Source: Candidatus Phosphitivorax anaerolimi (GTDB lineage: Bacteria > Desulfobacterota > Desulfomonilia > UBA1062). From it: 64,000 nt of DNA. A model generated the notes under the pieces. That model saw nothing but the letters and a program-made list of their open reading frames with translations. It had not been told where the DNA came from and ran no database searches. The stretch spans positions 30,223 through 94,222 of the forward strand of contig MPOS01000011.1 in assembly GCA_001896555.1 (NCBI GenBank), given 5' to 3'. Below are positions 19,947-29,037 of this stretch, piece by piece. Within the stretch, counting starts at the first letter, position 1. Each line of letters starts with the position of its first letter. The translations under genes and the position numbers were made by a program.

Positions 19947-20488
19947 TCCAAGCCTCCTGCGGAAGAGAACGCCTTAATATTCACGGATTCCCCGGATAGC
20001 CATAAAAAGATTGTGCAAATTACACGCCATTATAACCGGTTCTTTTCTTATGTCAAAAGGATTTCCTGGGAGGGCGGTATGTCTTCCGGGAAAGGAGCAT
20101 ATCTTTGGCGCCGATGCCATTGCCCGATTTTCCTTCAAGGCAATGATTCCTGAGAGGATCTCCAGAGCGGATAACGTGTCGGTCGATGCTCAAAAAAACC
20201 ATACCGTCTCGTTCCGGCAGGCAGATGAGGGCCGGCGGGTGCTTCAGGCCATGTGCCTCATTCGGCAATGGAAAATCTTTTCGGATAATGGGTAAAAATT
20301 TACACACGAACCGGCTCTTCCCACAGGGGAAATGTGTCGCGCCTGCCATAAAGACATTCCTGAAGCGCATGCCAAAGAAGCTTACCGCCGGTTATCGAGC
20401 GGTTGGGAAGTGTACCCCCTGCCAGCATGGAAAACCGAAGATGCAGGAATAGAAATTGCATTTAAATAATTAAAAAGAATACTTACGA

Positions 20489-20509
20489 AGTAATGATGAT
20501 TCATTATTA
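20489..20509. promoter_or_regulatory. Palindromic operator AGTAATGATGATTCATTATTA (Fur-box-like), 110 bp upstream of the large lipoprotein gene.
   Basis: 16 of 19 positions are self-complementary. An identical 21-mer recurs at 23189-23209. It resembles the Fur consensus GATAATGATAATCATTATC. Confidence 0.5.
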
Positions 20510-20620
20510 GACAAGGGTGCAGGATGTATGGATTTGTCAGGGCATTTCGGATTCTTCTGCGGTATAATGATGTGAGAAACACGTGAGATCCGGCCTGTGG
20601 ACGATGCAGGAGATGCGGTG

Positions 20621-23044
20621 ATGAAGATACGTTCTATCTGGACCTTGCCGGCAGTGGGCTGTATGATGCTTTTCATGGCGTCCTGTTCCGGGAGCAGCCA
20701 TACCGATGAAGTGATCGCCGAAGAATCGATATACGACCCCGGCGCTCCCGTCTCGGCCGTGGGCTTTGGCGAGGCCTGCGGCATCCGGCTCTTTCTCCAG
20801 GATGAGAACGGCGGCCTTTCTCCCCTGAACGATGGCGATTATGTGGAACCCGGAAGCAGGAGGTTCGCGGTGGAAACTGCGTGCGACCCCTTGTCGATCG
20901 ACCGGGTGCTTGTTTCTGACGGAGCGGCCTACCAGGAGGAGGCCTTGCCCCAGGACGGCAGGTACACCTGCGAGTTCGCCGTGAGCGCAGACGATCTCTA
21001 CCAGGTCGTGCTCATCCAGGCCGTGCATCCGAGCGGGAGGGCGAGCAAGGAAAAGATCGTTCTTCGGACAGCCCCGCCCCTGCCTGCAGGTTCGTATGCG
21101 AAAAACGCCGTGGGAATACTCGTCGCCCAAGAGCTGCTCGATCTGCAGAAGCAGGATCTCGCGGCGCTTCTCGATGAGAAGATACAGGAGTTTTTCTCCT
21201 CCATCCGCCAAAACGGCCCTTCGTTCATAACCGATCTCCGTTATGGCGACAGCGATCCCTCTACCGTGGATGTCGTGGTCCACTCCATCGATGCGGTCCG
21301 TTTCGATGCTGAGCCGTCGGCGGTCCTTCGTGTTAGATTCACCATCCGGGACGTGACCCTCGCCGCCCTGCCCATGTTCGGCCAGGACTTCCTCTCGACC
21401 TCGGCAAACGATCTCCTGGTGGATGCGTATCTCGCCGTCGATGACTCGGGGGAGGGGGGAGAGGTCCGCCTGGTGCTCGATCTCCTGGATTCAGTGAGTG
21501 CCGCTTTTTCCCAGCCGTTTTTCCTCAGGAGCTCGATCGAGCACATGATCGCATCCGAGCTCAGGAAGATCGAGCTGCCCCCGCTCTCATTCGACTCGGC
21601 GGGCGGCGGATATGATCCTGCGGAATTCCTGCCCGGGCAGGTTGAGGTATTCGGCTCTGTCGTGAATGTCCATGAACTCATCGAAGGGTTCGAGCTCGAT
21701 CCCGGCAGGCGTTTCTTTGCAGACGTCTACAGCATTCCCGGGGCGACCACGCATGAGATGCTCGCGCTGGGTCTCGGGCTCTGCTCACAGACGTCCGAGG
21801 ACGTCTCCTGGAGTTTCCCGGATGAGGTTCCGCCCTCTGAAAGTTTGGATATGGAAAAAGTGGTCTGCGGGCTTTTCGAGGATGCCGTCAACGAGGTGTT
21901 CGAAGGTATCAGGCAGGAATACGTTGGCGTGGTGACGAGCCTTGCCTACGGGGACGGTGACCCGGCAACCGACGATGTTATCATCGACTCCTTCATCCTC
22001 GGCAATACGGACGATCCGGGTGTGAGGACCGCTTCCGTCCGGTTCACCGTGAAGCAGGTCGATCTGGAGGCGGCAACCCTGTTCGGGGTTCCGATCATCT
22101 CCACCCGGGACAACGACCTTGCCGTCGATGCCGTGTTTTTTATAGAGCAGAGGGATGATGATACGGGAAGATGGATGGTCCTCTCTCCCGATTCACGGAC
22201 GGACCCGGTCGTATCGTTTGGAACGTGGTTTCTCGGAAGAGAGCTCGTGGAGGAACTGGTCAGGCAGGATCTGAAGGAGATGGCATCCCGCCCGTACGGC
22301 ATCGACGAGCTGCTTGCAGGGTTCGGGCTCGGGCTCGATCCGGGCTCGGTGTTCACCTCGGAGCCGTACGCCCTGTTCCCCGACGTTTCTCCCTTCTTCC
22401 AGGACCCCGGATGTATTTTGGCACTGCCGGACACCTTCTCTGTGAGCCTCGCCGTATCCCAGAACGCGATCAACAGGCTTCTTGAGGATATCGCAGGGGC
22501 TCAAGCCGAGCGGGACGTCTACGAGCTGATCAAGAAGCTTCTGGGAGAGGACTTTCCGGGCTTCCGGAGAGAGCCTTCCGCGGGAGAGCAGACGGTCATG
22601 CGGCTGAGCGTGCCGCCCGCTGTCGATGTCAGAGACTCCCGGATTCGGCTTTCCATTCCGGATATCGTCTTCCAGTACCGGACATCGGGAGGGCCGCAGT
22701 GGGAGGCGTCCGTGGATGTATGCCTGACCGTCACACCCGCAGCGTATTGGAACCGGCTCGACATCGACCTTTCCTGCGTTTCCGGGAAGAACCGGTTCCA
22801 CGTGATGAGAGACAACCCCAGCAATCTCGGCATCTTCGACCATTCCTCCCTGGTCGAGGATATTCTGGGCGGTCTGCCCAGACTGCTCGGAGGCTCTCCG
22901 GGCTCCGCTTTCCTGTCGCTCGGGCTCGACAGCTGGGAGCCCTCGCTTGTCTTCGAGGACAGGGACGAGCCGGTGCTCATATCGGCAGGAGGCGGCTACC
23001 TATTTGTCGATATGGCGGTGGGCGGCATCGATATCCTGCAATGA
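20621..23044 (+). CDS. Large (about 807 aa) hypothetical lipoprotein with an internal domain duplication.
   Basis: Lipobox LFMASCSG. Repeated module: LRYGDSDPSTVDVVVHSIDAVRFDAEPSAVLRVRFTIRDVTLAALPMFG versus LAYGDGDPATDDVIIDSFILGNTDDPGVRTASVRFTVKQVDLEAATLFG. Confidence 0.6.
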   Translation: MKIRSIWTLPAVGCMMLFMASCSGSSHTDEVIAEESIYDPGAPVSAVGFGEACGIRLFLQDENGGLSPLNDGDYVEPGSRRFAVETACDPLSIDRVLVSDGAAYQEEALPQDGRYTCEFAVSADDLYQVVLIQAVHPSGRASKEKIVLRTAPPLPAGSYAKNAVGILVAQELLDLQKQDLAALLDEKIQEFFSSIRQNGPSFITDLRYGDSDPSTVDVVVHSIDAVRFDAEPSAVLRVRFTIRDVTLAALPMFGQDFLSTSANDLLVDAYLAVDDSGEGGEVRLVLDLLDSVSAAFSQPFFLRSSIEHMIASELRKIELPPLSFDSAGGGYDPAEFLPGQVEVFGSVVNVHELIEGFELDPGRRFFADVYSIPGATTHEMLALGLGLCSQTSEDVSWSFPDEVPPSESLDMEKVVCGLFEDAVNEVFEGIRQEYVGVVTSLAYGDGDPATDDVIIDSFILGNTDDPGVRTASVRFTVKQVDLEAATLFGVPIISTRDNDLAVDAVFFIEQRDDDTGRWMVLSPDSRTDPVVSFGTWFLGRELVEELVRQDLKEMASRPYGIDELLAGFGLGLDPGSVFTSEPYALFPDVSPFFQDPGCILALPDTFSVSLAVSQNAINRLLEDIAGAQAERDVYELIKKLLGEDFPGFRREPSAGEQTVMRLSVPPAVDVRDSRIRLSIPDIVFQYRTSGGPQWEASVDVCLTVTPAAYWNRLDIDLSCVSGKNRFHVMRDNPSNLGIFDHSSLVEDILGGLPRLLGGSPGSAFLSLGLDSWEPSLVFEDRDEPVLISAGGGYLFVDMAVGGIDILQ

Positions 23045-23188
23045 AAATACGCTCCCTGCGATGAAAAGACGAGGATAACCGGGAAATCTCCTGTTTCCGT
23101 GGGGTAGGGTTCTATAAGGGCGTCCAGTCGGGTTTTTTCGGAATGATAAAGGGATAAACAGAGGTTGCGAATAATACAGGATTTATAA

Positions 23189-23209
23189 GAGTAATGATGA
23201 TTCATTATT
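23189..23209. promoter_or_regulatory. Second copy of the palindromic operator AGTAATGATGATTCATTATTA, 130 bp upstream of the MMPL exporter gene.
   Basis: Exact 21/21 identity to 20489-20509, and exactly 2700 bp away. Confidence 0.5.
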
Positions 23210-23340
23210 ATTGATTGGGCTGTGATCTCGGGAACATAAGCCTGATACGCCGTGGCGGGAGAGGTTTCATCGCTGCCGGTGGCGGCTGCATGGGCACGGT
23301 AGGTACCGGGATGAATCCGGCTTGAACAAAGAGGGGGTAT

Positions 23341-25770
23341 ATGAAAAAAATCGTTCGCTTCAGTGTAAATCGCCCTTGGCGGGTGATCGGTGCCGTGCTC
23401 TGCATCACAGTGTTTTTCCTTTTCCAGATTCCCCGGGTGAAGATCGATCCCCGGGTGGAGATCGTCCTGAAACAGAACAACCCGGTGGAAGAGGTGTATA
23501 ACCGCAACAGACAGGAGTTCGAATCGTATGCGGACGTGCTCATCGGGATGCTCCATGACGACGTCTATAACCCCGGCTCGCTGGAAAAGATCCGCAGGAT
23601 CACCGAAGAGGTGGAAAACATCCCGGGGGTGAAGAAGGTCACCAGCATCCTCAACGTGAAGAACATTGCGGGCGGCGAGGAAGGACTCAACGTCTCCCCT
23701 ATGGTCGAAGAAGGAGAGCTGCCCAGATCAGGAGAAGAACTGAAGGAGCTGCGGGAAAAGGCGCGGTCCTGGAGCGTGTACGAGGGTGTTTACATCACTG
23801 AGGACGGCAGCGGCACGGCCCTATCCGTGGTGCTCGATAACACGGTGGAGACCGATGACATCGTACCCATCTATTACACCCTGCTCGACATCGTGAAGAA
23901 ATACGAAGGACCGGAAGAGTTCTTCATCTCCGGGCCCACGGTGGTGGAGGCGCTTCAGGGACACTACATGATCAAGGACCTGAAGCTCCTGGTGCCCCTG
24001 GTCAATATCGTCCTGCTGGGGTTCCTATTTCTGTTCTTCCGGAACTTCAGGGGCACGGTGCTTCCCCTTGTCTCTGTAGGCATAGCATCCATCTGGACCA
24101 TCGGCCTGATGCCCATGTTCGACATCCCGTTGACCATGGTCACGAGCGTGCTTCCCGTGGCCCTGATCGCCGTGGGCTCTGCCTACGGCATCCATGTTCT
24201 GGAAAACGTATTTTCAGACGCGGAAGAGGGGAAGGCGGGCCTGTCCGGCATCATCACCGCGGCCACCCGTGTGAGCCTGCCCGTGATCATGGCGGGGCTC
24301 ACCACCATTGCATCGTTCATATCCCTGTGCACTTCCGCCATCGTCCCCTTAAAGCAGTTCGGCGCCCTGTCGAGCTTCGGGCTCCTCGCCGCGCTCATGA
24401 TATCGCTGACGTTTCTGCCTGCAGTGCTCGCAGTGGCAGACTCCCGGGGATGGAAATACCGGCCCCACCACCATTCGAGCAGGGACTGCATCGGGCCGGT
24501 GCTGGTATTCTTTTCCCGTATCAGCCTGAGAAGGAGCGGGCTCGTTCTGGGAATCAGTGCCGTCCTGCTCGTCCTTTCGGTGGGTGGCGGCCTTCAGGTC
24601 AAGAGCGACCTGAACCTCATCGAGGACTTCCGGAAGGGGAGCCCCATCCGCATCGCGGATGAGGTGCTGAATGAAAAATTCGGAGGAACGTCTCTGTTCA
24701 ATGTGGTGCTGGACGGCATGGAGCCCGACGATATCAAGGACCCCGCCGTCCTGCGCGAGATGGACGCCCTTCAGAACAGGCTCATGGGCATGAACAATAT
24801 CGGAAAGGCAGTGTCGGTGGTGGACTTCATCAAGCGGATGAATCAGGCCATGCACGACGGAGATCCGGCGTTCTATACCATCCCCGAATCAAAGGACCTC
24901 GTGGCCCAGTACCTGCTCCTTTTTTCATTCTCGGGCGGGAGCGGCGAGCTCGACAGCTTCGTGAACTTCGACTGCAAAAGCGGTCAGATCCTGCTGCAGA
25001 TGAAATCCCAGAGCGGGTATCTGGCACAGGATGTGGTGAACCTGGTCAACGGCTATCGGAAGCAGGAGCTGAAGACCTCCCGCGTCGCGGATATATTCAC
25101 CACCGGCCTGGCCATGCTTGCAAAGGAGTTCAACCGCCTGGTGGTGGAAAGCCAGGCCAGCAGCTTCGCTGTTTCCTTTATCCTGGTAATTTTCATCGTC
25201 TCCGCGATGTTCAGGTCCTTCAAGCTGGGGTGCTACAGCGTGGTGCCGCTCGTGGTTCCCATTTTCCTGAACTTCGGGATCATGGGTCTGACGGGCATCA
25301 AGCTCAATGCCGCGACAGCAGTGATCGCCAGCCTTGCTATCGGCATCGGCATTGACTACTCCATCCATTTTCTCAGCCGGTACCGTCACGAGATCACGAT
25401 GCAGGGCAGCGTGGAAAAGGCCATCGAGAGATCGCTGCACACCTCCGGCAGAGCAATTCTGTACAACGCCCTTGCTGTTGCGGCGGGCTTTCTGGTTCTC
25501 GTGCCGTCGAACTTCGTCATCATCAGTCAGCTGGGCATACTCGTGGCCCTGGTCATGATCACCACATCACTTGCATCTCTCACCCTGCTGCCCGCCATAC
25601 TCAAAGTATTTCCCCCCCGGCTGGCTCACAGAACGGCCGAGACGACAATGTCGGTGTTTCCCGCCCGGGTTTTTCCTCAAGGTGTTCATCCCGGAGAGGA
25701 AAATGTGGTAGGATATCAGTACAAAACAACGGACAGACCAACGAACAGGAGGATCGAACATGACATGTAG
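23341..25770 (+). CDS. MMPL/RND-superfamily exporter.
   Basis: Twelve-TM, two-lobe architecture with large periplasmic loops, typical MMPL topology and motifs. Length 809 aa. Confidence 0.8.
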   Translation: MKKIVRFSVNRPWRVIGAVLCITVFFLFQIPRVKIDPRVEIVLKQNNPVEEVYNRNRQEFESYADVLIGMLHDDVYNPGSLEKIRRITEEVENIPGVKKVTSILNVKNIAGGEEGLNVSPMVEEGELPRSGEELKELREKARSWSVYEGVYITEDGSGTALSVVLDNTVETDDIVPIYYTLLDIVKKYEGPEEFFISGPTVVEALQGHYMIKDLKLLVPLVNIVLLGFLFLFFRNFRGTVLPLVSVGIASIWTIGLMPMFDIPLTMVTSVLPVALIAVGSAYGIHVLENVFSDAEEGKAGLSGIITAATRVSLPVIMAGLTTIASFISLCTSAIVPLKQFGALSSFGLLAALMISLTFLPAVLAVADSRGWKYRPHHHSSRDCIGPVLVFFSRISLRRSGLVLGISAVLLVLSVGGGLQVKSDLNLIEDFRKGSPIRIADEVLNEKFGGTSLFNVVLDGMEPDDIKDPAVLREMDALQNRLMGMNNIGKAVSVVDFIKRMNQAMHDGDPAFYTIPESKDLVAQYLLLFSFSGGSGELDSFVNFDCKSGQILLQMKSQSGYLAQDVVNLVNGYRKQELKTSRVADIFTTGLAMLAKEFNRLVVESQASSFAVSFILVIFIVSAMFRSFKLGCYSVVPLVVPIFLNFGIMGLTGIKLNAATAVIASLAIGIGIDYSIHFLSRYRHEITMQGSVEKAIERSLHTSGRAILYNALAVAAGFLVLVPSNFVIISQLGILVALVMITTSLASLTLLPAILKVFPPRLAHRTAETTMSVFPARVFPQGVHPGEENVVGYQYKTTDRPTNRRIEHDM

Positions 25771-26554
25771 AAGCCTGGCAGGATTGTTTCTTGGGCTGAT
25801 GGCGGCCGTCGCCGTGGTTCTGACGGCTCAGGGTCCGGCTGTGGGCGCGGAGATGAGCGCGTATGACATCGTGAAGAAGGCCGAAGACCTTCTCGACCAG
25901 GCCAAGGACAGCAAGGCCGACATGATCATGACCCTCGTGAACGACAAGGGCCAGAAGCGCGAGAGGAAGCTCAGCGCATTTGTAAAGAAATACGGGGAGA
26001 ACAGCTCGAAATCCATCCTGTTCTTCAACTCTCCGGCAGACGTCAAGGGCACAAGCTTTCTGGTGTGGACCGAAAACAAGGAAGACAAGCAGTGGCTCTA
26101 CCTCCCGGCTCTGCAGCGGGTGCGGCAGATCAGCGCGAGCGGCAGGGGAGAGAGCTTCATGGGCACCGAGCTCACCTTCTTCGACATGGGCAGCCACGAC
26201 ATCGACGAATACACCTTCAAAACGATCAAGGAAGAGGATGTCGACGGCGAGATGTGCTACATGATCGAGGCCCTGCCCAGGAAGGTGGAGTTCTACAGCA
26301 AAATCGATCTCTGGATCCGCAAAGACAGCTTCATCCCCGCAAAGGCGGATTTCTACGACCCCAAGGGCCGGTACGAGAAACAGGGCAGGTTCTCTCAGGT
26401 CAAGAACATCCAGAACATCAACACCCCCACACGCATCGAGATGCACAATGTGCAGAACGGCAGGACGACCATCATCGAGCTGAGCGATGTGGTGTATGAC
26501 TCCGGGCTGAAAGATGATATATTCACCGAGAGATACATGAAAAGGGGAAAATGA
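25760..26554 (+). CDS. Outer membrane lipoprotein-sorting (LolA-like) protein associated with MMPL exporters.
   Basis: Signal peptide. Segment KLSAFVKKYGENSSKSILFFNSPADVKGTSFLVWTEN...QWLYLPALQRVRQIS is typical of the LolA-like partner of MMPL/DUF1302 clusters. Confidence 0.7.
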   Translation: MTCRSLAGLFLGLMAAVAVVLTAQGPAVGAEMSAYDIVKKAEDLLDQAKDSKADMIMTLVNDKGQKRERKLSAFVKKYGENSSKSILFFNSPADVKGTSFLVWTENKEDKQWLYLPALQRVRQISASGRGESFMGTELTFFDMGSHDIDEYTFKTIKEEDVDGEMCYMIEALPRKVEFYSKIDLWIRKDSFIPAKADFYDPKGRYEKQGRFSQVKNIQNINTPTRIEMHNVQNGRTTIIELSDVVYDSGLKDDIFTERYMKRGK

Positions 26555-26813
26555 GATCGGAATGCCGGACCGCGAACACAGCAGAACCGTTCATTTCTGC
26601 AAGACTCGATTGCTTGGGCTCCCTCTCCCCTTGCAGGAGATGGATAGGGTGAGGTGGAAATAAAGTCACAGCTTCCACGCCTTCTCTCTGCCCCTCTGGG
26701 TACCCGCTTCAGCGGTTCGTGCGGAGGGGGCCCTGAGGGATTGCATGGTGGAGAATGCAACAGCCCCGAGTTTTGCGGAAGAAGGTGAGAGAACACACAA
26801 GAGCCGCGCACAA

Positions 26814-27164
26814 ATGCCGAAAACTCACGTCAGGCGCACCAGAGACCTCAGGAAGCGCTCCACCGACACAGAGCAGCCTCTCCGGCGGCACCTGCTGGCA
26901 AGGCAGATGTCAGGCCAGAAATTCAGTCGCCGGCAGACAGCCGGCGATTATATTGTCGATTTTCTCTGCTGTGAGAAAAGGGTGATCATCGAGCTCTATG
27001 GAGGCCAGCACGGCATTCACCAGGAAAAGGACATTATGCACGATTCATGGCTCAAAAAGCAGGGCCTTCGAGCTCTCCGGTTCAGGAACAACGAGGTTTT
27101 TTCCAATACTGACGGGGCACTGCAGACTGTCCCGGATGCATGCTCAGGGGGGGACGGGGCTTGA
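26814..27164 (+). CDS. DUF559 (Vsr-like endonuclease fold) protein.
   Basis: Segment LRKRSTDTEQPLRRHLLARQMSGQKFSRRQTAGDYIVDFLCCEKRVIIELYGGQH...LRFRNNEV matches the DUF559 consensus. I trimmed to the MPKTH start. Confidence 0.7.
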   Translation: MPKTHVRRTRDLRKRSTDTEQPLRRHLLARQMSGQKFSRRQTAGDYIVDFLCCEKRVIIELYGGQHGIHQEKDIMHDSWLKKQGLRALRFRNNEVFSNTDGALQTVPDACSGGDGA

Positions 27165-27298
27165 TCTTCAATTTCAACTCCCCCCACCCTGTCCCGCCTC
27201 CACTCAAGGAGGAGGGCGCGTGCACCCGTCGCGCCCAGCAGGGCTTCGCAGTGGGAGAGGGTCGGCGCTCCATTCCCCGGCATGCCGCTCAACTGCTG

Positions 27299-28792
27299 AT
27301 GCTGCTGGCTGCAGCGTTCATCCCGGCCTTCTTTTCCCCGCTCTACGCTTATGAGTACGATGGCGAGAACCTGGACATCTCCCTGAGCGGCTATCTCGAG
27401 GCCGGCGCCGTCTACGTACTGGACGACGAGTCGCCGGACGAGGATCCCACCACCGAGCTTGGCCTCGAGCTCAAGGCGGACTTTTCGACCGTGTCCACGC
27501 TCAAGATTTTTCTCCAGGCGGTGAACGACGGGACAGTCATCGACCCCCAAAACGGTCTGCTGTTCAATGAATTCGACAAGGTCTATCAGGACAAGAACCC
27601 GTACGTCGATATCGACGAGGCCTATGTGGACCTGTACTCGTCCTTCGTTGATCTGCGCATCGGCATCCAGAAGTTCGCCTGGGGCAGACTCGACGAGATC
27701 AACCCCACCGACAACCTCAACCCCGAGGACTTCAGGCATGGCATCACGGCCGACGAGATCGACCGGAAGATCGGCGTGCCCGCTCTCCGGGCCAACACGT
27801 ATTCGGATATCGTCAATGTGGAGCTGGCCTGGATACCCTGGTTTGTCCCCTATCGTCTGCCCACACCCGAGGAACGGTGGTTTCCGGGCGTGCTTCAGCC
27901 TCCTTCGTCTATCGACACCGGCACGTCGGCCGGCGCCATCCCGGTGGCCGCCCGATACAAGGATGTCGACGTCCCCGAGTTCAGCCTCGACGACTCCCAG
28001 GCAGGGATCCGACTGTCGAAATATGTCGGAGGCTGGGATCTCTCCGTAAGCTATTTCAGGGGCTACGATACCGTACCGCTCACCGATGTGGTCTCCGACC
28101 TTACCGTGGACCTTATCGACCCGCTGTCCCTCTCGTACGACCTTGCCCTAGACCTCACCTATCAACCGGCTCTCCATCGGATCCAAGTCTTCGGCTTCGA
28201 CTTCGCCACCACGGTGAGCTCGTTCACCATCCGCGGCGAGTTCGCTTATTTCAAGGGCAGGCATTACAACCGCAAGCTCGAGTCCGTTCTCAGGCAGGAG
28301 ATCACCCCGGCCCGCCAGCAGGCGATCATCGACGAGTTCATGCAGAACTATCTCGACTCCGGGGGGGCGGCGTCGCGGCAGACCTTCCGCATCGACCCGG
28401 AGGTGAACATCCAGATGGATTCCATGAAGTACGGGCTCGGCATCGACTATATCTACGGCGACACGAGCGTAAGCCTGCAGATGATCCAGGAGCTCATACC
28501 GGACTACGACAGGGACAGGCCGGTCTACTTCAACAAGGAGGGCCTGGATACCTTCCTCACCCTTCAGCTCAAGCAGTTCTTCCTCCAGAACACCATGGAG
28601 CTCGACCTGCGCGCCGCGTACGGCATCGAGTTTCAGGAGTATCTCGTGAAGCCCTCGCTGAAGTACAATTTCACCAACACGCTGCAGGGATCTATCGGGG
28701 TCGTGGTCCTGGGCGGCAAATACGACGACTCGCTCCTGGGTCAGTTCGACGACAACGACCAGATCTATGCGTTGCTGAAGTGCTTTTTCTGA
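27299..28792 (+). CDS. Outer-membrane protein, DUF1302-like, partner of the MMPL and LolA-like genes.
   Basis: Signal peptide MLLAAAFIPAFFSPLYA. Alternating beta-strand-like pattern. C-terminal KCFF ending in Phe. Genomic context with the MMPL and LolA-like genes. Confidence 0.5.
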   Translation: MLLAAAFIPAFFSPLYAYEYDGENLDISLSGYLEAGAVYVLDDESPDEDPTTELGLELKADFSTVSTLKIFLQAVNDGTVIDPQNGLLFNEFDKVYQDKNPYVDIDEAYVDLYSSFVDLRIGIQKFAWGRLDEINPTDNLNPEDFRHGITADEIDRKIGVPALRANTYSDIVNVELAWIPWFVPYRLPTPEERWFPGVLQPPSSIDTGTSAGAIPVAARYKDVDVPEFSLDDSQAGIRLSKYVGGWDLSVSYFRGYDTVPLTDVVSDLTVDLIDPLSLSYDLALDLTYQPALHRIQVFGFDFATTVSSFTIRGEFAYFKGRHYNRKLESVLRQEITPARQQAIIDEFMQNYLDSGGAASRQTFRIDPEVNIQMDSMKYGLGIDYIYGDTSVSLQMIQELIPDYDRDRPVYFNKEGLDTFLTLQLKQFFLQNTMELDLRAAYGIEFQEYLVKPSLKYNFTNTLQGSIGVVVLGGKYDDSLLGQFDDNDQIYALLKCFF

Positions 28793-29001
28793 AGCCCCCT
28801 CAACATTTCATTCAGAGGACCCTGCTGCTTTTCCGCGGGGGTTTCTCTTCCTCCTCTCCCCCCCAGGCAGCCGCTCGATCGTGCCAGAGAGATGAGACAG
28901 CAAGAAGGAGAGACAAAAGAGGTTTTTGATATCCCGCTGCTTGGCCTGAGGGGTGCATCATATGCGCAGGTGGTCAGCTCGTAAGGGCCTTCTCTCCCCG
29001 A

Positions 29002-29024
29002 CCCTCTCCCGCAAGGGGAGAGGG
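29002..29024. repeat. GC-rich hairpin CCCTCTCCC-GCAA-GGGGAGAGGG, REP-like. Related copies at 7060-7084, 26620-26650 and 42761-42790.
   Basis: Read from the sequence. It sits between convergent genes, in a bidirectional-terminator position. Confidence 0.4.
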
Positions 29025-29037
29025 AAGAGATTGCGCG

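Noticed and set aside
20537-21283. A 248-aa minus-strand ORF overlapping the start of the large lipoprotein gene. Also 25601-26446 (minus), antisense to the LolA-like gene.
   Set aside because: Shadow ORFs in high-GC DNA, opposite genes with signal peptides and recognisable families.
26560-26810. Considered whether the DUF559 gene plus flanking hairpins constitutes a mobile element.
   Set aside because: No transposase, integrase, terminal inverted repeats or target-site duplication is visible. DUF559 genes are commonly stand-alone. Reported only as a possible insertion within a finding.
27877-28929. A 350-aa Arg-rich plus-strand ORF overlapping the DUF1302-like gene, and a 240-aa minus-strand ORF at 27017-27739.
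   Set aside because: Alternative or antisense frames of a gene with a signal peptide and a beta-barrel terminus. Composition typical of high-GC shadow ORFs.
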